Source: a virus (Duplodnaviria; Caudoviricetes). Taken from it: a stretch of 64,000 nucleotides of DNA. A program made the translations under genes and the position numbers. Below, piece after piece: positions 1-8,419 of this stretch; position 1 is the first letter of the stretch, and each line of letters starts with the position of its first letter. Below the pieces are notes generated by a model. It was not told where the DNA came from, ran no database searches, and saw only the letters and a list, made by a program, of their open reading frames with translations. Where the stretch lies: positions 1,831 to 65,830 of the IMG/VR virus record IMGVR_UViG_3300005264_000006, one strand, 5' to 3'.

Positions 1-2124
1 GATAAAAACGGAACAGTTTACCAAAGAGCGAATTTGATTGAGACACCGATGGGTTTTTTTAGGAAAGATATAGAATCGGTTAATAAGAAAAAATTTATGA
101 AGTGGCTTGACTTAAGAGTAAAGGCACAGAACATGGCTAAATCGTACTTAAAAGCAAGAAAAACCATTGAAGATCCAATGTATAAATTACTAGATGGCAA
201 GCAATTTCGAATCAAAACATTCACGAATGGAGGATTCGGTATCATGGGTTTACCGGCAGATAGGAATTATTCAAAGTTCATTTTCAACAACACGACTCTC
301 ATGTGTCAGGATTTAACTAAGAAAATGATGTCAGTTTTGAAAGAACTTGAATATGTTGTCGTTGGAGGGGACAGTGTTACTGGTGATACTCCATTGCTTT
401 TAAAAAAAAATGGAATAATTGAAATAAAAACAATAGATGAAATTGCTACATGGAATAGAAAAACTCAAAGGAAAGAATATGGAGAATGTGAATATGAGGT
501 TTGGAGTGAAAATGGTTTTACAAAAATAAAACAAGTTATAAGACACAAAACTAAGAAAAAAATATTTAGGGTTTTAACACATTGTGGTTGTGTTGATGTT
601 ACAGAAAATCATAGTTTGTTAAACGAAGATAATAAAAAAATAAAACCTTCTGAACTTATAATTGGTAATCATTTATTGTATTCTTTTCCAGAAAATTTTC
701 CCGAAACTAAAAATGAATTAACTATTGATGAATGTTGGTTGATGGGTTTGTTTTATGCAAACGGAACTTGTGGCAAATATGAATATAAATCTGGAACAAA
801 ATATCAATGGAATATAAGTAATGCAAATTTAGATTTATTAAAAAAAGCTAAAAAAATAATTCCAAATTCAAAAATATTAAATACAAGAAATTCTTCAGTT
901 GTGTATAAGTTAGTGCCAACAAAATCAATAAAAAAAATGTATTTAAAATATAAATGTTTTTATAATAAAGGTTACAAAACAATACCAAAAATCATTCTCA
1001 ATTCTTCTTATGAAAAGAGAAAAGCATTTTTTGATGGTTATTATGTGGGAGATGGTAATAGAAAATGGAGAGGAATTAGATGTGACAATAAAGGTAAAAT
1101 TGGTTCAATGAGTCTATTTTACTTGATGAAATCATTAGGATATAATGTTTCAATAAATACAAGAAAAGATAAACCAAATATTTTTAGATTAAACGGAACA
1201 TTAAATAAATTAATAAAACAAGAAGGAGAAATAAAAAAAATAGAAGAAATTGGAATTGTAGATGATTATGTATATGATTTGGAAACAGAAAATCATCATT
1301 TTCAAGCAGGTGTGGGAAATTTGATAGTTCACAATACCGACTCTTGTTTTGTTTGTCTTAATAGTAAAAAATTAGAAGATGCAATACAGGAAGCGACAGA
1401 ATTAGTTTCTAAAATAAACAAAATAATAGATAACTATCTTTATAGAGTTTATAATATACAAAAACACACTATGAAAGTTGGATTGGAAACTATATCGGAT
1501 AAATTCTGGGTTAAAGCAGCTAAAAATTATGTTAAAAGAAATCTCTGGAAAGATGGTTCCATTCTCGATAAACCTGAATTAGAAATAAAAGGTATATCTC
1601 AAAAAAAGAGGAACACGTCAAAATTTGTTGCTGACTTACAATCTACCATGATAGATATATTATTAAATTCTTCCAATGTAGAAGAAGATTTTAAATTACT
1701 TATGAAAGTTTTGGATAAAAATTTTGAGAAATTACCTTGGACTTATATTGCACCAAAAGGAGCAATTAATAGTGATATAGATGATTATGATATAGGTAAT
1801 AGAAATGCACGGGGAGCGAGAAATGCTCGTGAATATTTTAACAAGTATTTTAACCCGGGTGACAATCCTTACATAATGCCATTTAAACAGTTTCCTAAAA
1901 AGTTAAACGGGAAATTTGTTGCTCCTTACAAGGGAGACGTAATTGTCTTATCTTTCGATGAAGAAGATGTGGAAGAAATTAAAAGTTTAGGATTCTTACC
2001 GGATTATGAGGAATTAAAAAGAAGTCAATTAAATGAGAAATCAAAACCGTTTCTTAGTTTAATGGATACTTCTTATTATAAGATGAGAGCATTAGATAAA
2101 GTGAGCAATGATATGGAATTATGA
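1..2124 (+). CDS. polB: Family B DNA polymerase, C-terminal part (5' end outside window), intein-containing; ends in DMEL
   Basis: Frame is open from base 1. Motif B-like KQFRIKTFTNGGFG, motif C GGD|TDS split by an intein, then AKNY and EIKG motifs. Confidence 0.93.
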   Translation, partial: DKNGTVYQRANLIETPMGFFRKDIESVNKKKFMKWLDLRVKAQNMAKSYLKARKTIEDPMYKLLDGKQFRIKTFTNGGFGIMGLPADRNYSKFIFNNTTLMCQDLTKKMMSVLKELEYVVVGGDSVTGDTPLLLKKNGIIEIKTIDEIATWNRKTQRKEYGECEYEVWSENGFTKIKQVIRHKTKKKIFRVLTHCGCVDVTENHSLLNEDNKKIKPSELIIGNHLLYSFPENFPETKNELTIDECWLMGLFYANGTCGKYEYKSGTKYQWNISNANLDLLKKAKKIIPNSKILNTRNSSVVYKLVPTKSIKKMYLKYKCFYNKGYKTIPKIILNSSYEKRKAFFDGYYVGDGNRKWRGIRCDNKGKIGSMSLFYLMKSLGYNVSINTRKDKPNIFRLNGTLNKLIKQEGEIKKIEEIGIVDDYVYDLETENHHFQAGVGNLIVHNTDSCFVCLNSKKLEDAIQEATELVSKINKIIDNYLYRVYNIQKHTMKVGLETISDKFWVKAAKNYVKRNLWKDGSILDKPELEIKGISQKKRNTSKFVADLQSTMIDILLNSSNVEEDFKLLMKVLDKNFEKLPWTYIAPKGAINSDIDDYDIGNRNARGARNAREYFNKYFNPGDNPYIMPFKQFPKKLNGKFVAPYKGDVIVLSFDEEDVEEIKSLGFLPDYEELKRSQLNEKSKPFLSLMDTSYYKMRALDKVSNDMEL
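373..1335 (+). mobile_element. Intein (321 aa) with LAGLIDADG homing endonuclease in PolB motif C
   Basis: Begins SVTGDTP, block B VTENHSL, LAGLIDADG-like LMGLFYANG and FFDGYYVGDG, ends VYDLET...IVHN followed by Thr (TDS). Confidence 0.95.
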
Positions 2125-2351
2125 ATTTATACGAAGCAAAAAAAAAGAAGAAATATAAAGTAACTACAATAGATTCCGGTTTTAAAGCAAGAAATAGATT
2201 AGGAGAATTAGGTATTTTTAAAGGAGTTATAATCGAAAAGATAGAATCTATTTTACACGGTCCTTTAAAAATTAAAGTAAAAGACACAATATATGCTTTA
2301 GGTAAAGGAATATGTAAAAAAATAATGGTGGAAGAAATTGAAGATTCTTAA
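2121..2351 (+). CDS. feoA: FeoA-family (SH3-like) protein
   Basis: RLGELGIFKG...GPLKIKVKDTIYALGKGICKKIMV matches the FeoA pattern; ATGA overlap with the polB stop. Confidence 0.8.
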   Translation: MNLYEAKKKKKYKVTTIDSGFKARNRLGELGIFKGVIIEKIESILHGPLKIKVKDTIYALGKGICKKIMVEEIEDS

Positions 2352-3009
2352 TTTATTCGCAGGAATTGGCGGAAATCGTTTTTTGTGGGGTGACGAACAT
2401 GAGGTTACAGCGGTAGAACATGATGAAGAAATAGCAAAAATTTACAAAAGAAGACATAAGAGTGATGAAGTTATCATTGCGGATGCCTATGATTATTGTC
2501 TTTGGTCTTATGATAAATACGACTTTATTTGGGCTAGTCCACCTTGTCCTACACATTCCATTTGTAACAATTTTCTACACGCACAAAATATAAGAAGATA
2601 CCCCGATATGAATCTTTGGAAGATAATTATATTCTTACGTTATTATACTACCTACAACAACAATAAAATTGATTGGGTTGTAGAAAACGTGAAGACTTAT
2701 TATGAACCTCTTATTGAGCCTTCATTTATATTAGGAAGACATTATTTCTGGTCTAATGTTCGAATACCACAAAAAACTTATGAATACTCGACAATTACGA
2801 TTACTAACGCAAAAACTACTACAAGAAGAGATAATTGGAAATACTTGGAAGAGTTAGAAAATTATCTTGGGATTAATTTATTTGATGATATAAATGGGGA
2901 AAAGAGAAGACAATTATTAAGAAACTGTGTTAAACCGGAAATGGGAAAATATATACTAGATTATATAATGAATGGTTCAACAGAAGTTAGTGATGATATG
3001 GAATTATGA
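2338..3009 (+). CDS. C5-cytosine DNA methyltransferase; ends in DMEL
   Basis: Motif I LNLFAGIGG, motif IV SPPC, motif VI ENV. Confidence 0.9.
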   Translation: MKILNLFAGIGGNRFLWGDEHEVTAVEHDEEIAKIYKRRHKSDEVIIADAYDYCLWSYDKYDFIWASPPCPTHSICNNFLHAQNIRRYPDMNLWKIIIFLRYYTTYNNNKIDWVVENVKTYYEPLIEPSFILGRHYFWSNVRIPQKTYEYSTITITNAKTTTRRDNWKYLEELENYLGINLFDDINGEKRRQLLRNCVKPEMGKYILDYIMNGSTEVSDDMEL

Positions 3010-3917
3010 AAATTGGTTTGTTTGATATAGATAGTAAAATAGGAAATTTGGCTTTAATGAAATTGTCAACATATCATAAGAGATTAGGTGATGAAGTTGA
3101 GTTTTACGATCCTTTCTTTTATAAGGAATATGATAGAGTTTATGTATCAAAAATATTCTTTTATGAACATCCAAACGATAAATATATAAAAAATTGGATG
3201 ATTAAGGGTGGAACCGGTTTAGATATATATGCAAAATTGCCTTATAATGTTGAGCATATATATCCCGATTATGATTTATATGGGATTGATTATGCAATGG
3301 GTTTTATAACCCGTGGTTGTATTAGAAATTGTTCTTTTTGCGTTGTTCCTAAAAAAGAAGGAATGGTTAGAAAAAATGCCGATTACACCGAATTTACAAA
3401 AGAACAAGAGAATGTGATGTTAATGGATAACAACATTCTTGCATACAAAAATCATTTAGAAGAACTAGAAAAATTGAAATGGGAAAATACTCATAAACAT
3501 TTTGATTTTAATCAAGGATTAGACATTAGATTAATTAATAATGAAAATGCAAGAGCATTAAGAGAAATAAAAATATGGAAGGGTAAATATAGATTCTCAA
3601 TGGATCATCCAAACATGGAAAAAATTTTTGAGAAAAAAATAAAAATTCTGAATGATGCGGGTATAAGTAACGGAATACTTCGTGTGTTTTTGTTAGTTGG
3701 TTATGATACAACTCCAGAAGAAGATATGAAAAGAATACAATTTCTTAAAGAACGAAAAATAAAAGCATTTGTTATGCCTTTTAATAAATTTGACAAGTAT
3801 CAGAGTAGATTAGCAAGATGGGTTAACAGATTTTATTATGGTTATATTTCTTTTGAAGAATTTTGTGATAATTTTACCAAGGCAGATTTAAAATTTGTAA
3901 ATGACATGGAATTATAA
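3006..3917 (+). CDS. Radical SAM protein; ends in DMEL
   Basis: TRGCIRNCSFC (CxxxCxxC), MDNN, DFNQGLD; N-terminal NLALMKLS domain. Confidence 0.9.
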   Translation: MKIGLFDIDSKIGNLALMKLSTYHKRLGDEVEFYDPFFYKEYDRVYVSKIFFYEHPNDKYIKNWMIKGGTGLDIYAKLPYNVEHIYPDYDLYGIDYAMGFITRGCIRNCSFCVVPKKEGMVRKNADYTEFTKEQENVMLMDNNILAYKNHLEELEKLKWENTHKHFDFNQGLDIRLINNENARALREIKIWKGKYRFSMDHPNMEKIFEKKIKILNDAGISNGILRVFLLVGYDTTPEEDMKRIQFLKERKIKAFVMPFNKFDKYQSRLARWVNRFYYGYISFEEFCDNFTKADLKFVNDMEL

Positions 3918-4440
3918 AAATCAAAATGTTGTGAGAATAGTGGTAGATAAAGTTTTGTTTAAGTCAGAATCTATTGAATGGGGTACTCCTCAATATCTTT
4001 TTGATGAATTAAATGAAGAGTTTGATTTTGTTTTAGATTGTTGTGCTAACGAAAAAAACCATAAATGCGAGAAATGGTTTTCTAAGGAAGAGAATGGATT
4101 ATCGGTAGATTGGTTCATTTATAAAAGGGTTTTTATGAATCCTCCTTATGGAAGACAATTAAAACATTGGATGAGAAAAGCATATGAAGAATATTTAAAA
4201 GGAACAACTGTAGTTTGTTTGGTTCCGTCAAGAACCGATACTATTTGGTGGCATGATTATTGTATGAAAGCTACTGAAATTAGATTCATTAAAGGTAGAT
4301 TGACATTTGAGGGAGCTAAAAATTCCGCACCTTTTCCATCGGCAATCATTGTTTTTCAAGTAAGAGATTATCCAAACTTTTTTGGAGAAGTAAGTAAATT
4401 TATTAAGAATGATGAAGTTAGGTGCATTAGTTATGAATGA
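3901..4440 (+). CDS. Phage-type N6-adenine DNA methyltransferase (true start may be a downstream GTG)
   Basis: EWGTPQYLFDELNEEF, LDCCA, NPPYG, VPSRTDT, RFIKGRLTF. Confidence 0.9.
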   Translation: MTWNYKNQNVVRIVVDKVLFKSESIEWGTPQYLFDELNEEFDFVLDCCANEKNHKCEKWFSKEENGLSVDWFIYKRVFMNPPYGRQLKHWMRKAYEEYLKGTTVVCLVPSRTDTIWWHDYCMKATEIRFIKGRLTFEGAKNSAPFPSAIIVFQVRDYPNFFGEVSKFIKNDEVRCISYE

Positions 4441-5337
4441 ATGTATTTCGGAGGTGATAGCCAGCCTTGGGTAATTGGGTACAATCCTTATTGGGCTGGT
4501 ATTGACGGAGGTAAGTATAATTTATTAGATTATATTTTACCTTTTCCAAGACACACGACTTTTATAGAAGTATTTGGAGGTAGTTCGGTTGTTTTGTTTA
4601 ATAAAATACCTTCTCAGATTGAAATTGTAAATGATATAAATTCACGATTAATTAATTTTTGGGAGACAATTCAGAAAGCGCGAAGAGAATTTGTAGATTA
4701 CTGTAAAAACGAAGGAGGATTAGATAGTCGAGTTTTATTTGATAAATATAGAAAAAAAGCAGATAAGAAAGTTGAAGATGCTTTTCGTTTGTATTATATA
4801 AATCGTCATAGTTTTTCACAAATGAATAATGCTTATCACGGAATTTCATTTACAGGAAATGATCAATGGCATTCTCCTTATCTTAATAAGTTAGAACATA
4901 TAGACGAATATTATGAACGAATAAAACATGTACAGTTTGAATCTCAATGTTTCAGAAGATTACTTAAGAGATGTGATAGAGAAAACGCTTGTATTTATTT
5001 AGATCCTCCGTATTTTAAAGGAGGTGATATTTATGAATACATGGTTGGAGTAGAAACAAGTTGGTCTCATCAAGAATTTGTAGATTTAAGAACTTTATTA
5101 AAAGGATTAAAAAAAGCTAAGTTTGTTCTTAGTATAGATGAAAAGAATTTTTGGTTAGAAGAAATGCCGGATTTATACATACAGCCGATAGAAAGAATTA
5201 ATAATGCCTCCCTATCTATTGGAAAAGAGAAATCTAGGAGTATTGAATATGTAATTAGAAATTATAATCCAAAAACTACTCCGACCATGAGAGATTTTGA
5301 TGGCAAAAATAAAATAAAAAACGATATGGAATTATGA
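4441..5337 (+). CDS. Dam/D12-class N6-adenine DNA methyltransferase; ends in DMEL; N-terminus ambiguous
   Basis: GGK, FIEVFGGS, EIVNDIN, YLDPPY. Confidence 0.9.
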   Translation: MYFGGDSQPWVIGYNPYWAGIDGGKYNLLDYILPFPRHTTFIEVFGGSSVVLFNKIPSQIEIVNDINSRLINFWETIQKARREFVDYCKNEGGLDSRVLFDKYRKKADKKVEDAFRLYYINRHSFSQMNNAYHGISFTGNDQWHSPYLNKLEHIDEYYERIKHVQFESQCFRRLLKRCDRENACIYLDPPYFKGGDIYEYMVGVETSWSHQEFVDLRTLLKGLKKAKFVLSIDEKNFWLEEMPDLYIQPIERINNASLSIGKEKSRSIEYVIRNYNPKTTPTMRDFDGKNKIKNDMEL

Positions 5338-5654
5338 TGGGTGTTTATGATTGGTTACCTAACGGAAGTCAGGTAAAATGTTGGAAATGTAGAATGGAAC
5401 AACTTGATGTAGATTCTAAGGTAGGAAAATTAGTAGGGGAGAAAAATTATATTGTTTTATTACGGGAAGGCGGTTATGTAAAAGTTATTAATAAAAAAAT
5501 TTCTAAAATTTCTAGTCATAGAAAGAAAAAAGATCCTAAGGATTTTAAATTACCTGTTTTTGATAAATACGGAGAAATGCTTTTTAGTAAAGAAGACATG
5601 CATGGGTTATTACCCAATGAATCATATTATTATTGTGAGAGAATTTATGACTGA
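5334..5654 (+). CDS. Hypothetical protein
   Basis: 106-aa ORF with ATGA overlap; MGVYD...QVKCW N-terminus. Confidence 0.6.
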   Translation: MMGVYDWLPNGSQVKCWKCRMEQLDVDSKVGKLVGEKNYIVLLREGGYVKVINKKISKISSHRKKKDPKDFKLPVFDKYGEMLFSKEDMHGLLPNESYYYCERIYD

Positions 5655-5747
5655 AACAATTAAGTGTAAAATCATCAAAAAATAGAAGAATTAAATGAGT
5701 ATATAACTAAATTAGAAAAAAAACATGTTGAAAAAAATGTACATTGA
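5647..5747 (+). pseudogene. Probable internally deleted or frameshifted small gene
   Basis: MTETIKCK... stops at 5685; another frame reads HQKIEELNEYITKLEKKHVEKNVH-stop and overlaps the next start. Confidence 0.4.
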
Positions 5748-6465
5748 AAACCCAAAAACAAAAGGTTCGGGGATCGTGTGTGCCATCCCTCAAAAAGGAA
5801 GATGTCCTAATGAATGCGAAGATTGTTTCTTCCAATCGGGACGTTCTTATTTAGAACCTTTAGAAGAAAATTTACCTAATATGCCAGATTTAGAAGAAAC
5901 ATATGGTAGAATTGTAAGAGTTAACGATGGTAATGACAGTAACATTGATAGAACAAATGTTATGGAATCTGTAAAAGAATTTCCATGGAAATTTTACAAC
6001 ACTGCAATACCAAGAGATTTAGAAGAGTTTGAAGATCCGTTTGTTCTTACTGTAAATCCCGGTTACATGACTGATAAAAGTTGGCATAAGTTAATAACAA
6101 TTCCAAAGAACTTAATGTATGTAAGAGTAAGAACAAATTGTTGGAACTTAAATCTTGTAAAAGAAGTAGTAGAATATTACACAAAAAAAGAAGTACCGGT
6201 AATCTTAACATTCATGGCGTATTTTGACACTCCAATTCCATCTGCGCATGAGGATGATTACATATTTAGAAAGAGAACTCTTAATTCTTATAATGCTATA
6301 ACCACACAAGCATGGAGAGAAATAATGAGAATGTTTCAAGACAATCATTATGTCTATTCTTGCGGAAAGATTGAAGGAGAAAAAGGAACAACCAAATGTG
6401 CCAGGTGTGGAAATTGTATTAGAGAATATTTTGTAACATTAGAAAGGTTAAGAAATGAGTTATAA
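5725..6465 (+). CDS. Radical SAM-like Fe-S protein (start probably 5737)
   Basis: CPNECEDC (CxxxCxxC) near the N-terminus, plus C-terminal CARCGNC. Confidence 0.7.
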   Translation: MLKKMYIENPKTKGSGIVCAIPQKGRCPNECEDCFFQSGRSYLEPLEENLPNMPDLEETYGRIVRVNDGNDSNIDRTNVMESVKEFPWKFYNTAIPRDLEEFEDPFVLTVNPGYMTDKSWHKLITIPKNLMYVRVRTNCWNLNLVKEVVEYYTKKEVPVILTFMAYFDTPIPSAHEDDYIFRKRTLNSYNAITTQAWREIMRMFQDNHYVYSCGKIEGEKGTTKCARCGNCIREYFVTLERLRNEL

Positions 6466-6949
6466 TAAACGAATAGAACAAGGTTACAAAAAATTAGGTT
6501 TAAAATTAGATAAGGACGGATACGTGATGAAGAGTATTTATTTTGCCCATCCATTCGATAAATGGAATAGCAACCAAGAAAAAATGATAGAACAAATCTT
6601 AACTAAGAGAGGTTATGATGTTATAAATCCTTTTAAAAAAGAAGATAGAATAAACAAAAAATACGGAGTTAATAACTATTACGATAATCCAACATTTGAA
6701 TTTGCCAAAGAAATAATAGAAAAAGATTATGAATTGGTTAAAGAATGTGATGAATATTTTGGTTGGTTTCCAAAAGATGTCACAATGATTGGTACACCTC
6801 TTGAATTATCTTGGGCAAATTCACTAGGTAAAAAGATTACGGTTCTTTGTTATAAACCGCAACCTTTCTTATGGATGTATTCCGATATATTTTATATAGG
6901 CTATGAGAATTTTAAAAATGACGTTAGATTCTATGATAAAGAAGTTTAA
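6455..6949 (+). CDS. Nucleoside 2-deoxyribosyltransferase/N-glycosidase-like protein
   Basis: IYFAHPF, VINPF, KDYELVKECD, GTPLELSWA..LGKKI. Confidence 0.8.
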   Translation: MSYNKRIEQGYKKLGLKLDKDGYVMKSIYFAHPFDKWNSNQEKMIEQILTKRGYDVINPFKKEDRINKKYGVNNYYDNPTFEFAKEIIEKDYELVKECDEYFGWFPKDVTMIGTPLELSWANSLGKKITVLCYKPQPFLWMYSDIFYIGYENFKNDVRFYDKEV

Positions 6950-7385
6950 TGAACTTTTTGGAAAGTGTTTGGAAGAAGATAATAAAAACATGCGAGAATA
7001 TGTCATACAGGCTTCTGCTTCTAGGATAGAAGGATTAATTTCATTAGAAAAATTTTATAAAGATCATACTCCGAGAGAGAGTTTTTATAACTTTACAGAA
7101 TTACCAAAAATAATTAATAAGAAAAATCAGGTTATAGCTTTTGGTAATAGGTTTTTCCCTTTCGAAAGAGTTAAAAAAGTTTTAGAAAATTTCTTTCAGA
7201 ATGGTGTAGAAGTTGGTCTTTATCACGGAAAAGGGGTTTCGGTTCTTGTTTTTAAAATTGATGAAAATTACGGGATTATGATGGCAAATAAAAAAGATAA
7301 AAAAAAGAAAGACACAAATGAAGTATTATATAGATGGGAAGATTTATTTTTCCACAAAAATTTTGGAGACGATATGGAATTATGA
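6903..7385 (+). CDS. Hypothetical protein, weakly sliding-clamp-domain-like; ends in DMEL
   Basis: C-terminal half FPFERVKKVL...VEVGLY...VLVFKIDENYGIMMA resembles the last PCNA/beta-clamp subdomain by eye only. Confidence 0.55.
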   Translation: MRILKMTLDSMIKKFNELFGKCLEEDNKNMREYVIQASASRIEGLISLEKFYKDHTPRESFYNFTELPKIINKKNQVIAFGNRFFPFERVKKVLENFFQNGVEVGLYHGKGVSVLVFKIDENYGIMMANKKDKKKKDTNEVLYRWEDLFFHKNFGDDMEL

Positions 7386-7561
7386 GTGAAGATGATGAAG
7401 CACAAACTTTGGCTAATAAGTTTTTTGGGAGAATTGGCGATTGGGGTTTAGAATGGGAAGTATTAACGTTCTTGTTTTTAATACTTAATAAACAATTTGA
7501 TATATCTTATGAAACTATAAATAGTGCACTTGAAGAAGCATTAAGAGAGTGGGATGTTTAA
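7382..7561 (+). CDS. Small hypothetical protein (MSEDDEAQ...)
   Basis: ATG overlaps the DMEL-TGA stop; 59 aa. Confidence 0.6.
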   Translation: MSEDDEAQTLANKFFGRIGDWGLEWEVLTFLFLILNKQFDISYETINSALEEALREWDV

Positions 7562-7564
7562 TGA

Positions 7565-8419
7565 ATGTTACGGCCATTTGAATTAGTACAAAATAACATA
7601 ATAAAATTTTATAGAAAAGATAAAAAAAAGAAGGTGAATGTGAATATAACCGCTAAATTTTTGATTACCAGCGAGATGAGGGTAGGTTCTCGTTGGATTC
7701 ATTATTTATTACAGGACATAACTGATTACCGTGTAACTCCGGAAATAGATGTAAGATTGATTGCAGGTACTGAAAAAACAGTTAGAAGTTATTTTAACCA
7801 AAAAAGAATTCCAAAGTATCATCACACAACCCAATTTCAAATATTAAGACATGTAAAACCCCATGATTATAAAATAATTGGTATAGTTAGAAATCCCTTC
7901 GATAGGATTACTTCTCTTACTTTTCATCAACGGTACAAACCTCCCGGAAAAGGATTAGAAAAGATAAAATTAGCATCAAGTGATATTGAAGCAGTGAGAA
8001 CTGCTTTTTACCACGAAGACTATCGTATTGACAATGAAAGACAATTTATCTTAATGGTTCCTGGTGCTAGTACAAAACAATTTAAATCGGGGAAAACCGA
8101 AAAACGCGGAGAATTGGAACAAAATTACATATGGACAACTTATGAATGGTTAAAAGAAGACACGTTCGGAGAAATTAAAGTAATACTGGATTTCTTAGGT
8201 TTTGATTTAAAAGATACATTTATTAAAACAAAAATAAGAAAACACTCATTTAGAAATAAAAGTGGAAGGGAACCCGGTCAAGAAAAAAGAAATGATGAAT
8301 GGAGAAGAAAGGGAGTTAATGATGATTGGAAGAATTTCTTTACGGAGGATATGTATAAAGATGGTATCGTCGAACAAGCAACTTATTTAATGATTAAAGA
8401 AAATGAGGAGAAAATGTGA
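7565..8419 (+). CDS. PAPS-dependent sulfotransferase
   Basis: 5'-PSB-like SEMRVGSRW, 3'-PB VRNPFDRITS, C-terminal RRKGVNDDWKNFFT (RKGxxGDWKNxFT). Confidence 0.9.
   Translation: MLRPFELVQNNIIKFYRKDKKKKVNVNITAKFLITSEMRVGSRWIHYLLQDITDYRVTPEIDVRLIAGTEKTVRSYFNQKRIPKYHHTTQFQILRHVKPHDYKIIGIVRNPFDRITSLTFHQRYKPPGKGLEKIKLASSDIEAVRTAFYHEDYRIDNERQFILMVPGASTKQFKSGKTEKRGELEQNYIWTTYEWLKEDTFGEIKVILDFLGFDLKDTFIKTKIRKHSFRNKSGREPGQEKRNDEWRRKGVNDDWKNFFTEDMYKDGIVEQATYLMIKENEEKM

Noticed and set aside
4400-4440. Decayed DMEL tags in IKNDEVRCISYE (MTase) and RLRNEL (6465)
   Set aside because: Partial resemblance only; cannot be separated from chance without homologues.
2110-7385. DMEL as a KDEL/HDEL-type ER retention signal
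   Set aside because: The tagged proteins are cytoplasmic DNA enzymes without signal peptides; the resemblance is limited to the final EL.
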